Both the position numbers and the translations under genes were made by a program. The notes beneath the pieces are model-generated. The model ran no database searches, was not told the origin of the DNA, and saw only the letters and a list, made by a program, of their open reading frames with translations. Shown in pieces: positions 30,288 to 40,099 of a DNA stretch of 64,000 bases. How positions within the stretch are numbered: position 1 is the first letter of the stretch; the number at the start of each line of letters is the position of its first letter. The DNA is from Pyrodictiaceae archaeon (GTDB lineage: Archaea; Thermoproteota; Thermoprotei_A; Sulfolobales; Pyrodictiaceae), in contig JALVSY010000007.1 in the NCBI GenBank assembly GCA_027036135.1, positions 100,880 to 164,879 of the forward strand. Direction: 5' to 3'.

Positions 30288-31028
30288 TTGGCTGGTCGCA
30301 GCGGTGTGTCGGGGAGTATTGTCTTTGGAGAGGAGGTATCCTCAGGTCCTTGGAGGCTTAGGCGTAATGGTGTTGCCCGCATAGAGTTCCGTGACAACGT
30401 TATGAGGCTCTGTATGGGGCCTACTGAGGCGCTCTATTATTCCAACGCCGAGGTTAGTGATGGTGGGTTCGACTACTTGCCTCATAGTAGTGGTGTCTTG
30501 GAGGTTAATGCTAGGCTTACCCGGATGCACTTTGGTAGCGCGGGGTGGGGTTTCTGGAACTATAGTATGAGGATTGATGAGAGCTACCCTGTCTGGTTCA
30601 TCTACCTCTACACCCCCGGGCCCTACTTGCTCAAGGGCTTCTTCGCCCAGACTGGGGGCTTGTTCACCCCGGTAACGCTCTATCACCGCGGGGGCCGCGA
30701 GAAGCTCTACTACAGACTAATAGCGATTCTTTCTAGGATTGGGCTGGGGTTCGTACCTATACGTATTAGCCCTGGCCGCCCTGTTCTACCAGGCTTTGAT
30801 GTGACAAGGCCGCATAATTACCGTATTGAGTGGAGGCAGGGAGTTGCCCGCTACTATATCGATGGGAGGCTAGTCGCCGAGCATAGTGCTAGGCAGCTAC
30901 AGGCCCGCGTCGATATATGGATTGACAACGCTGTCTATACTCCCAGGCGCGGTGACCCCGCGAGGGTTTATCGCCACGTAACTATGGAGAACCGGGCCGA
31001 GGCCTGCCTAGAGATTATTGGGCTCTAG
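30288..31028 (+). CDS. Concanavalin/GH16-like beta-sandwich protein
   Basis: GSAGWGFWN and HNYRIEW...YYIDG; no clear ExDxxE catalytic motif. Confidence 0.55.
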   Translation: MAGRSGVSGSIVFGEEVSSGPWRLRRNGVARIEFRDNVMRLCMGPTEALYYSNAEVSDGGFDYLPHSSGVLEVNARLTRMHFGSAGWGFWNYSMRIDESYPVWFIYLYTPGPYLLKGFFAQTGGLFTPVTLYHRGGREKLYYRLIAILSRIGLGFVPIRISPGRPVLPGFDVTRPHNYRIEWRQGVARYYIDGRLVAEHSARQLQARVDIWIDNAVYTPRRGDPARVYRHVTMENRAEACLEIIGL

Positions 31029-32947
31029 TGGGAAGGGCATAGCTTGTTGCAGATGCTCCACTCGCTTGGCCCGCGGCTAGCTATGCACGCTAGGCATGCC
31101 GCTACCTGGCTTGCTGCTGGCCTCTCCCCGGGGTTTGTCGAGAGCATTTTCTCTAGCAGGGGTGCTAGTTTCTCGGCGCTACTCCTCCTAAGGAGCTTCG
31201 TTGCTTGTTCTGTGCTGCATGCCAGGCCTTTCTCGTAGTCTATTCTGCATAGCCTTGTGTGCTTGAAGCTTATGACTTGTTTCTGCTTCATACCGGTTAG
31301 TAGCTGAAGGAGTATCATCCCTAGGCTATACGTGTCCTGGCTAGGCTCTGCCACGGGTATTCTTGTACAAATAGGGGCTGTTTTCTTTCCCAGCTCGTTG
31401 CAGACCAGGTCGTAGCCCTCTAGCTCTGGTGCAGCGTAGCCAGGGGTGAGCTGCACCACTGGGCTACCTATCTTCACCGCTGCCCCTAGGTCGGATAGCT
31501 TGGGGACAATGCTTGCCCTCTCTGGTTCTAGTAGGGCTCTCTGTAGCTCGGGTAGCAGCCTTGTTGGCTCCACGGGGGGCTTCGAGGTGAACAAGATATT
31601 CTCGGGCTTCATGTCGCCGTGAACGTAGCCGCTTCCATGGACGTGGGCGAGGGCCTTAGCCACTACCGCGCCTATGGCGGCCACGACCCTGACCCACGAG
31701 GGGTTATTGGGGCTCGCTACTCGCCTCCTCCTAGCCTCCTCTAGGAACCCTACCAGGCTGCCACCGCCGAGGTACTCCATTATTATCGCTGGCGGCGATA
31801 CCATGTATATCTCTAGGCTGTCTTCCCTCACAGCCCTCGCGAGCCTCTCGGAGTCAATGTGTATCGCGCGCAGCCTCGCGACGTAGGGGCTCTTCTCGCT
31901 AAGCTCCCTGAGACTCATAGCCTCGCGCTCCAAGTCCCTCGCTACCACGAGGACGTCGCGTACAAGCCTGCTAGTAGTCTCCCCTGGGACCGGTGGCGGG
32001 AGAGGAACCAGGAGCTTGATCGCGGCCTTGTCCCCGGGGTCTTCGCGGGCATGTGCGCGCAGCACTACCCCGAATCCACCACTACCAATAAACTCCTCGA
32101 CAACGTAGCCATGAATCTCTCTCCCCACGAGGCACTTCTCCACGACCTCTCTACGGTTACGCGCTAGCTCCGAGAGCCTCACACCCCTGCAACTATCGCT
32201 CTGGGAAGGAGCACTGTTCACAGATTCCCCGCGGGGAGCCTGTACTTGCCTGGGCACGGCTACTCGCTGCGCCGTCTTAGGCCTCGCCACAACTACTCTG
32301 GGCTTCTCCATTGCCTGTTTCTTGGCCGCGCGCCGCGCAAGCGCTAGCTCGTAGCCCATGTAGATGAGCGCAGCCGAGGCTGTATAGTAGAGGACTGCCT
32401 CGTAGAGCGTGACACTTAGGCCTAGGAGGGGGCGACTGGTTAGCGGCGTGCTTGGCTTTGGTAGGCCTAGGTAGCTCCAAGAAGCGTCGTAGAACGAGTA
32501 GAGGAGAGCAACTATGCCCACTACGCTGCTAGTGGTCGCGGCGAGCCCGAGGCCTAGGAAGAAGAGAGGCGAGGACAAGTAAGCAGAGTAGATCATATCC
32601 TTTACCGGGGCCTGCCGGAGCAGTGCTGGTAACTGTAGGTGAGTAACTGATAACAGGTAGCTAGTTAGGGGCGGGACTAGGGGCGCGAGGAGACCATAGT
32701 ACCCGGATAGAACTCCTAGCCTACTCCACCCTAGACTCATTATGACCAAGCCGCTGAAGACAGCGAAGTAGGCTATAGCTGAGAACAACGTGTAGTTGCC
32801 TAGCTGGCCCCCCGTGCCCAGGCCGTAGAGCCACCACTTAAACGGGTCGAATACGAGGCCCTGGCTACGAGCCATTAGCTCTAGGAGAGCAGCCGAGTAT
32901 AGCCCGATTACTAGTAGCGCGTAGCCAGCTATGCGCGAGCGCTCCAT
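31025..32947 (-). CDS. Membrane-bound Hanks-type Ser/Thr protein kinase
   Basis: N-terminal TM bundle; GSGGFG, AIK, HGDMKPENIL, SDLG, YAAPE, DTYSLG. Confidence 0.93.
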   Translation of the reverse strand: MERSRIAGYALLVIGLYSAALLELMARSQGLVFDPFKWWLYGLGTGGQLGNYTLFSAIAYFAVFSGLVIMSLGWSRLGVLSGYYGLLAPLVPPLTSYLLSVTHLQLPALLRQAPVKDMIYSAYLSSPLFFLGLGLAATTSSVVGIVALLYSFYDASWSYLGLPKPSTPLTSRPLLGLSVTLYEAVLYYTASAALIYMGYELALARRAAKKQAMEKPRVVVARPKTAQRVAVPRQVQAPRGESVNSAPSQSDSCRGVRLSELARNRREVVEKCLVGREIHGYVVEEFIGSGGFGVVLRAHAREDPGDKAAIKLLVPLPPPVPGETTSRLVRDVLVVARDLEREAMSLRELSEKSPYVARLRAIHIDSERLARAVREDSLEIYMVSPPAIIMEYLGGGSLVGFLEEARRRRVASPNNPSWVRVVAAIGAVVAKALAHVHGSGYVHGDMKPENILFTSKPPVEPTRLLPELQRALLEPERASIVPKLSDLGAAVKIGSPVVQLTPGYAAPELEGYDLVCNELGKKTAPICTRIPVAEPSQDTYSLGMILLQLLTGMKQKQVISFKHTRLCRIDYEKGLACSTEQATKLLRRSSAEKLAPLLEKMLSTNPGERPAASQVAACLACIASRGPSEWSICNKLCPSH

Positions 32948-32956
32948 GAATCATCC

Positions 32957-33940
32957 CTATGTGTTGCCGAGAACGCTCTCGTCCCGGGCACCCTCCTCGC
33001 CGCTACCAGGGCCCTCCTCCGAGCCATGGGTGTCGCCGGGGTAGTATATGGGCTTTAGCTTCTCCTCACCAAGATCCAGTAGGAGCACTGCCGCCCGCCT
33101 CCCGTGATAGAGGCTAGAGAACACAGTCACGACCCCATACTCTAGCTCACCGAGACCAACCTCTCCCTCAAGGACCCGTTGCCCGCCATTGCCGAGCCAG
33201 GCATGGGTGCCATCAACTACCTCGTGGCCCCGGATTATCAGGGATAAGCCGTTTTCTCGGAGAAACTCCCTCCACGCAGCCCTCCCGTAGAGATAGGTGC
33301 CAGGCCCCCGTGGCCCAGGGAGGAACCACTCAATAGTCCCGCGGGGATCGTTCCACAGGAGCTGGCCGATAACGGGATCCGCCTCCAAGGGGTAGAAGGC
33401 CTTGTCACTACTCCTCATCTTCTCGGCGCGCTCAGCTATCTCCTCGAGCGAGACTGGCGGCTCGGGGCTCATAGAGCACTTCTTACAGGGAACACCAGCG
33501 TGGACGAGGAGCACGGGGCCAGCGATAGCGGCCACGGGCATAGCTATGTAGACTATGCTTGCTGCACCGAAGTAGTTCTCACCCCTCTTCTCATAGGCCT
33601 CCTCGGCGAACCCGTAGCTAAGATTCATCCCCGGGTCCTCATGGTTACCCCGCAACAAGTAGACATTATCGTTCTCGAGGAAGACTCTCAGAACAAGCTC
33701 AAGATTCTCGACGCCACGCGGGCCACGGTCAACATAGTCCCCGAGGAAAACAACAGCGTCAACACCCTCCTCTCTCGCTACCCTGAGAGCCCACTCAGAG
33801 ACCTCGGGATAGCCATGAGTATCTCCGACAACGAGGAAGCGCTCACCACTCAGCCGGAGCACCGCTGGCTGCTCAGCAAGCCTCCCCGCAGCCTCCTCCA
33901 AGAGACTAAAAGACTCGTCAAACCCGGTACCAGAACCCAA
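32957..33940 (-). CDS. PPP-family Ser/Thr protein phosphatase
   Basis: GDTHG, GDYVDRG, RGNHE, LLWNDP, IRGHE. Confidence 0.95.
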   Translation of the reverse strand: MGSGTGFDESFSLLEEAAGRLAEQPAVLRLSGERFLVVGDTHGYPEVSEWALRVAREEGVDAVVFLGDYVDRGPRGVENLELVLRVFLENDNVYLLRGNHEDPGMNLSYGFAEEAYEKRGENYFGAASIVYIAMPVAAIAGPVLLVHAGVPCKKCSMSPEPPVSLEEIAERAEKMRSSDKAFYPLEADPVIGQLLWNDPRGTIEWFLPGPRGPGTYLYGRAAWREFLRENGLSLIIRGHEVVDGTHAWLGNGGQRVLEGEVGLGELEYGVVTVFSSLYHGRRAAVLLLDLGEEKLKPIYYPGDTHGSEEGPGSGEEGARDESVLGNT

Positions 33941-34036
33941 GCCAAATCACCCAGCAACGACGAAGAAGGCACACTCTAGCTACGGCTAGGAGCTTCAACC
34001 AGGCCCCCTTTATAGGGACTAGGGGCCGGGAAGAGC

Positions 34037-34417
34037 CTAGACTAGCAGCGCCCTTATTGGGCGAAGAACGCGCTTGAAGGGGTCAAGCACTAGGCCAAAT
34101 ACCTCGAGAGTCACTACCCCGAGAAGATTCTCGTCATCCTTCTCCCCGAGCACAACGGGTGTATGCCTCTCACCATACCCAGGTAGCTCGAGAAGAACCT
34201 CTGAGACCTTACGCTTAACAACACTGCCATCGGCTAGGACAAACTCCATCTCACCCAGAGGCTCTAGGGCAAGCCAGCGCCACACATCCTCGCGCAAAAC
34301 AGTGTACGTCGCACCACTATCCACGAGAAAGCGCACTCTCTTCTCCCTACCACGATGCTTCACAACACCATCAACGTATACAATACCCATTAACAGCTCA
34401 CCACCTGCTATGTACAC
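34037..34417 (-). CDS. Clan AA (retropepsin-like) aspartic protease
   Basis: FLVDSGATYT, LADG, LLGVVTLE. Confidence 0.88.
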   Translation of the reverse strand: MYIAGGELLMGIVYVDGVVKHRGREKRVRFLVDSGATYTVLREDVWRWLALEPLGEMEFVLADGSVVKRKVSEVLLELPGYGERHTPVVLGEKDDENLLGVVTLEVFGLVLDPFKRVLRPIRALLV

Positions 34418-34573
34418 ATGTTTTAAGGTTTAGAAACTAACAGCTTATTTGAACACTTGTCTCACCGTTACCATTACTAATTAGTGCTTTACGTTATTAG
34501 GGGCTTGCCGAAGAGGCGGCTCAGAGCCTATTAGTTAGTACCTGGGTAACTATGTTTCTTAGGGTGACTGTGC

Positions 34574-34837
34574 CTGGCCAAGTTACGGGCAAAAGTTAGG
34601 GTTGGTAAGCGAGGCGTTATAGTTATTCCGAAGAATATTCGTGAAGAACTAGGAATAGCGGAAGGCATGGTGCTTGAGCTAAGCGTTGAGGATGACCGTA
34701 TAGTCCTTCGTAAGGATAAGGATCTATGGAGTGAACTGAGAGAACGTGGCAAGAGGCTCAAGGCGGACATTGATAAGGCTGAATCGGAGCTAGATGAGGC
34801 GGAGGAGCTTTGGGAGAAGAGACTAGAAGAGTACTAG
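34574..34837 (+). CDS. vapB: AbrB/MazE-type antitoxin (not in the ORF track; CTG start)
   Basis: Translates as KVRVGKRGVIVIPKNIREELGIAEGMVLEL...; RBS AGGGTGA at 34561; in-frame TGA upstream. Confidence 0.85.
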   Translation: MAKLRAKVRVGKRGVIVIPKNIREELGIAEGMVLELSVEDDRIVLRKDKDLWSELRERGKRLKADIDKAESELDEAEELWEKRLEEY

Positions 34838-35265
34838 TTGACACTTATGCTATTATCGCTGACTTAACGGGCCAAGTCACGCCAAAGGCTCGCCAGCTCT
34901 TAGAAGAGATAAGGCTAGGAGTTGCTGAAGGCGTTTTGCACTATCTCATAATTTATGAACTCTTTTATCATTGGAGAAGAGGCAGACTGCCCTTTAGGGA
35001 TGAAGAGGAATTACTGGATTTTGTTAACTCGTACTTCATTGTCAAGGCGCTGGATACAACGATTGCGATAAAGGCCTCGGAGGTAAAGCTTCTTGGAGAC
35101 AGATTGCTAGTAGCAGCTAGTAATCCCAGGCTTCGTAGAAGAAGACTATCAGTGGCTGATGCAACGACTATAGCTATAGCCAAGGTAGAGAATATGCCTA
35201 TAGTTACGGGAGATATTGACTTATCCTATGTCGCTAAAAATCTCGGAGTCAGTATTATATGGTAA
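34810..35265 (+). CDS. vapC: PIN-domain toxin (VapC), intact
   Basis: VLVDTYA, LSVADA, IVTGD. Confidence 0.9.
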   Translation: MGEETRRVLVDTYAIIADLTGQVTPKARQLLEEIRLGVAEGVLHYLIIYELFYHWRRGRLPFRDEEELLDFVNSYFIVKALDTTIAIKASEVKLLGDRLLVAASNPRLRRRRLSVADATTIAIAKVENMPIVTGDIDLSYVAKNLGVSIIW

Positions 35266-35589
35266 TTATTATTGTGTCATATTATAATTAACTGGCGCAA
35301 CTTGTAAATTGTTATAAATTTATAAATAAATAGGATATAGGGTACCAGATGGGGAAAATCTTGCCCAGATTCGTTAAGACCCTTGATAAGGATACCTTGG
35401 ACTTAATCAAGATGCTCAAAGAGACGAGAGCCTACGGCGACTATGTTGATTATTTCAAAGAATACGATTATGAGGATATAGGTGGCTAAATTGTCCTTCA
35501 TTATCCAGGGGGACTTTATGCTTGGCGCTCTACATAGCGCTCTCTTCGTCCTAGTAATAGAATGTCCTGGGTGTGGGTGTAAGGGATTG

Positions 35590-36753
35590 TTAGGCTGTGC
35601 GTAGTCTTTTTGTTGCTTCACTGAGCAGTCTTCTCGTTGCTTCTTCTGCTTCTACTCCCTTGAGTCTCTTGGTCTTCTCGGCTGTTTCCAATAGTCTCTT
35701 GGTCTGCACGACGAGGTCTATTCTCTTTGTCTTCTCTGCTTGTTTCTCCGCCTCTGCTAGCCTCTTTGTTGCTGCCTCTAGGTCTCCTTTCATGAGCAAG
35801 CGGTGGGCTTCCTCTACGTATACCTGGTAGAGATAGTTGTCGTAGACGTCGCGGTTTATCCCCTTTATGTACTCCTCCCTGGTCTTGGCTGGCTCGACTA
35901 CGTAGCTGAACCTCTTGGTCTCGGTCTTGCCTGTTGCTGGGTCCTCATAGGAGACTATTACCCGGGCTACTTCGCCGCTGAACTTTGCCGGTATCTCTAC
36001 CTCGCCGTAAAGCTCCATGGATTCCTCTGAGAGGGCTGGTATGCTCAGGGTTAGCTCGTCGTAACCTATTAGCCTAGCCTCTCCCGCTATTGGCTCAACT
36101 GTTATCTCAAGGTTCTTCGCGTAGGCCTCTGGGGCTGCTGCCTCCTCGAATACCTCTACTAGTTTCTCCACGTCGGCCTCGCTCACGTGCTCCATTACGC
36201 CGTGGCCTAGCTCCGCTAGGAGCGCTAACAGCTCCTTGTTGTAGTCCAGCCCAACGCCTATCACGTAGGCCTTCATCTTCTCGGGCCACTTGAGCTCCCG
36301 GTACTTCTCAGTACTCGTTATATCGGTTGGCTTCCCATCGGTCACGAGCACTATGTAGCCTGGCTCCCGATAGGCCTCGGCTATCTCGAAGGCCCTCTTT
36401 AGGGCACGGTAGAGCGGGGTACCGTCATCCGGGACTATAGTTGCCACAGCATCTAGTATCGCTTCCCTAGACTTCTCCGCATCAGCGTGCACGACGAGGT
36501 CGCGGGCCTGTAGCCCACCGAGGCCAAAGGCTATCAGTGTGACATAGTTGCCCCCGGGTATGAGCTCGACAAGCCTAGCAATAGCCTTCCTGGCGGCCTC
36601 TATCTTCTCCCCCTTCATGGAGCCACTAGCATCAATCAACACTATGTAGTGTAGCCCCTTGACACGGGCCGGGGCAGAGGAGGGCGCTAGGCGGAGACGA
36701 AACGCACCCTTCACAGGGGATACGAAGCTGTACTTATGGCTCTGCTCAAACAC
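35590..36753 (-). CDS. vWA-domain protein, ArnB-like
   Basis: MIDAS motif IDASGSM, GTP, LVTDG; helical C-terminal tail with repeated TKRL. Confidence 0.88.
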   Translation of the reverse strand: MFEQSHKYSFVSPVKGAFRLRLAPSSAPARVKGLHYIVLIDASGSMKGEKIEAARKAIARLVELIPGGNYVTLIAFGLGGLQARDLVVHADAEKSREAILDAVATIVPDDGTPLYRALKRAFEIAEAYREPGYIVLVTDGKPTDITSTEKYRELKWPEKMKAYVIGVGLDYNKELLALLAELGHGVMEHVSEADVEKLVEVFEEAAAPEAYAKNLEITVEPIAGEARLIGYDELTLSIPALSEESMELYGEVEIPAKFSGEVARVIVSYEDPATGKTETKRFSYVVEPAKTREEYIKGINRDVYDNYLYQVYVEEAHRLLMKGDLEAATKRLAEAEKQAEKTKRIDLVVQTKRLLETAEKTKRLKGVEAEEATRRLLSEATKRLRTA

Positions 36754-36925
36754 TATGTCTAGGCCCAGGAGAAACCACCCATACGGAACCTAGCCAAGGC
36801 CAGCCCCCATTATCTCTAACTACAGGGCAAGACAGATAACGATACGGCAAAAACACATGGCGCTGATGCGTGGTGCTGCTTTTCTACCCACGATACGGTT
36901 ACTCGTATACTGGTAGGGGAGAGCT

Positions 36926-37615
36926 ATGCCCTGGAAATGCCCAGTCTGCGGCCACGTAAACCCGGATGACAAGGAGTTCTGCGAGGTCTGTGGTGCGAAG
37001 AGGCCAGAGAACCCGGAGATCGTTGAAGCAGCTAGCCCCGAGGCTGTTAAGCTACAGGAGCCGAGAACCGTGGAGCCAGTCGGGGAACAGGCCGCGCAGG
37101 AGCAGAGCCCTGAGCAAGTAGAGGCAGTTACCGCCGAGGCCGGGGCAGTAGAGGAGAGCGCCGAGGAGAAGGTTGAGGAAGCTACCGAGGTTACCGAGGA
37201 GGCTGGAAAGGAAGCCAGAGCCGCCGAGAAGCCCGAGGAGACGGAGACCGCTAAGGAGCCCGTTGAGGAAAAGGCCCCGGAGACCATTTATCTCGAGGTC
37301 GTTAATAGCCCGGCCCCGGAGCTCATTGGGAAGAAGATACCCGTGCTTCTCAAGGTGTTCCCCCAAGTCAGTATTGGGAGGAGCCCAGAGAACGTGATAA
37401 TACTACCCGATCCCACGGTTTCCCGGAGACACGCAGTGATAAAGACCGAGGATGGGAAGCTAGTGCTCGAGGACCTTGGCAGCACTAATGGGACCTACGT
37501 ATACCGCCAAGAGAGCGGTGGCTTCGAGAAGGTTGAGAAAGTGGTGCTCGAGCCCGGTATGATCATAAGGTTCGGCGAGCAAACCATTGTACGCGTCACC
37601 ACGGAGCCAGCCTAG
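36926..37615 (+). CDS. RanBP2-type Zn ribbon + acidic linker + FHA-domain protein, ArnA-like
   Basis: WKCPVCG..N....FCEVCG; IGRS, VSRRHA, DLGSTNGT. Confidence 0.92.
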   Translation: MPWKCPVCGHVNPDDKEFCEVCGAKRPENPEIVEAASPEAVKLQEPRTVEPVGEQAAQEQSPEQVEAVTAEAGAVEESAEEKVEEATEVTEEAGKEARAAEKPEETETAKEPVEEKAPETIYLEVVNSPAPELIGKKIPVLLKVFPQVSIGRSPENVIILPDPTVSRRHAVIKTEDGKLVLEDLGSTNGTYVYRQESGGFEKVEKVVLEPGMIIRFGEQTIVRVTTEPA

Positions 37616-37697
37616 GAGAAGAGGTGGTCGCCTAGCCTAGGCGTTTTTGTCCCCGCCTAGCCCTCTTTATCCTCTAGCTATACCCGGTGTAATTCCC

Positions 37698-38742
37698 GTG
37701 ACTGATAGGGTTTTGCTCGATTTTGCTCCTGGGCTACGTGTACGCTTCGCTAACCGTGAGCGGGGCCTTAAGCGGATACAGGGCTTCGCTGGCGAGGCAC
37801 TAGCCTACCCGTGGTTATTTATGGCCCTGAGGGCTCCAGCAAGACGGCGCTCCTGCGCCAAGCGATGGTGCTTCTCCGGGAGCATGGGTACGAGGTCATC
37901 TACATTGATGCCTTGGCCGAGTCCCTTGGCGGCGCTGTCTCTGCGACCCCGGGTATCGGTGAGGCGCTACGAGGGCTTCTCCGCAGCCTCGTGGGCGAGA
38001 AGATCCAGGGCCTCGTTGAGGCCGTCTCGGTGCTTGTACGCGAGGCCCTGCGTAGGCTGGAGAGGCCCCGGCTAGCAGTGCTCCTCGATGATGCTTTCCA
38101 GGCTATTGGGCTAGGCAGGGTAGAGGCTTATGTGAAGCAGTTGCTTAACCTCATAGAGTACCCGGGCGCGGAGTACGATAGACTAGTGGTAATGGTTACG
38201 AGTAGTGAGGGGCGCTCACGCATAGTCCTCTCCAGGCATGCTTGGAGCATGAGCCTCTACCTATGGAACATGGATATGAACGGGCTCCGGGAGCTCTACG
38301 AGCAGCTGCCCGGCGACAAGCCAGGCCTAGGCACCGCGTGGCGTGTGAGCGGTGGTAATCCACGAGTGCTCCGGATCCTCTATGCGATGGGTTGGAGCAT
38401 TGAGGACGCCGTGGCCTGGCTAGTTGAGGAGAAGAGAGCCTAGCCGCGCTGCTGAGAAGGCTTAGACGGGAATCGCTTGAGGCCCTACGGCTCTTAGTCG
38501 AGGATCCTGGTGCTGCCGAGGAGAGGGTTCTCGGGGATAGGGAGCTACTAGGCCTGCTAGTGGATCATAACCTTGTATCAGTTATACCCGAGAGAAGGGA
38601 ATCCTTGTGGCTGGACAACGTGCCCCCGGCTAGGGACAGGGTACTGGGCATAGGAGGGAGCGTGGCGTGGCAGACCCCGCTTCACCGAGACGCCGTGGCT
38701 CACGTGCTCCAGCGCCTCTGGGCACGCACGGCCAAGGGGTAG
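37698..38742 (+). pseudogene. Archaeal ATPase pseudogene
   Basis: Three frames (FANRE / GPEGSSKT...GGNPR / WQTPLHR) joined by frameshifts near 37790-37810 and ~38435; degenerate Walker A. Confidence 0.8.
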
Positions 38743-39911
38743 AGCCCCAGGGTGGCTAGGAGCACTGCTGCAGCGACGAGGAATGGTAGGGAGCGCCCCG
38801 GGATTATCCATAGGCTCTCCTTGCCTAGCTGGGAGTAGAGCCACCCAGCTACGAGGGGCCCAACTACCTGGCCGAGACTGGACAACATGTTTGACAAGCC
38901 GACGAGGCTCGCGTAGACGCCCCGGCCTCCTCCCAGGGCTACAGCGTTCCTGGTTAGCGGGAGACTAGCCCTCCCAGCAGCGAGCGCCGCTGAGAGCCCG
39001 AGGAGGACGATGAGCGGGGAGCCGCCGAGACCGAGCAACAAGTGGCCAATAATACCCAGGAACAGCACCGCTACTAGCACCCTGCCAGTGCCGAGCCGGT
39101 CACTGAGCGGCCCACAGCCAGCACCACTCCGAGGGCTAGGAGACCCGCGGAGGAGAGGACATCGCTTATCATCCTCTTCGTGTACCCATAGGCGCTGTGG
39201 AGATATATGTAGAGGAACTCGCGGAGAATGCCCGAGGCATAACCAGCAGCGAAAGCAGCCAATATTATCCAGAAAGCCATGGGCCCGGCCCCCAGCACCT
39301 CGGAGAAGCCCCGAATACCACGACCCCTATGCTTGACCCCAATACGCTCCAGCGGGGCCCGGGCCCCAACATAGGCAAACCCGGCACCAGACACAACGAA
39401 GAGCAGCACAGAGAAGCGCAGCACATCGGCATCGCCTAGGCCTAGGCGCCCGTAGAGAAACTGACCAAGAAGGGTACCCAGGGACCCAATAGCGAAGTAG
39501 ACCGACATAACGGTGCCACTACGCCTCGGGGAAAGCGACGAGGCAACAGTCTGTACCAGAGGCCAGAACAAGCCACCCATAAAAACCCCAAGCAGTGTTA
39601 AGGCCGATGATCGCTGCCACGGAGCGCGATAAGCTAATACGATAAACCAGGGTAGCAACCACGAAGAGCGAAGAAGCAACAATCAGCCTCCTAGCCAGGG
39701 GGGACAAATCGCTCCAAACACTACCAAGAATGGAGGATGCGGAGCGAGCACCCATAAACCAGCTAGTAAGACTAGAAACAGTAACCACGCCAGCTCCGAG
39801 GCCAGCAAGGTAGAACGCAAGCCCGAGACGAGACAAGCCAGCAGCAATAGCCGATACAAACACACTAACATATACCACGAAGAGATGCCTAGTCACATAC
39901 CCGCTACCCAT
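38700..39911 (-). pseudogene. MFS transporter with two homopolymer frameshifts
   Basis: GVWSD and GPLSDRLG motifs lie in separate frames; joins at a coding-strand T run (~39580) and G run (~39110). Confidence 0.75.
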
Positions 39912-40099
39912 AACAGACACCAAGGCACCTCTAGGATCTAGACCCCTTGTCACGCAACCAAGCCGCCTCATCAGCCTTTAGTAATTCCGCCCAGTACATA
40001 GCAGAAAGCGTGACCCAGCTCCCCCCATTATTTACGCAATTCTTATAACTAGCTTAATACATTCCTAAGTATAACAGAAGAGTAATGGAGTGATCCATA

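Noticed and set aside
35403-35621. 72-aa ORF downstream of the vWA gene
   Set aside because: Only a short hydrophobic stretch; no other support for coding
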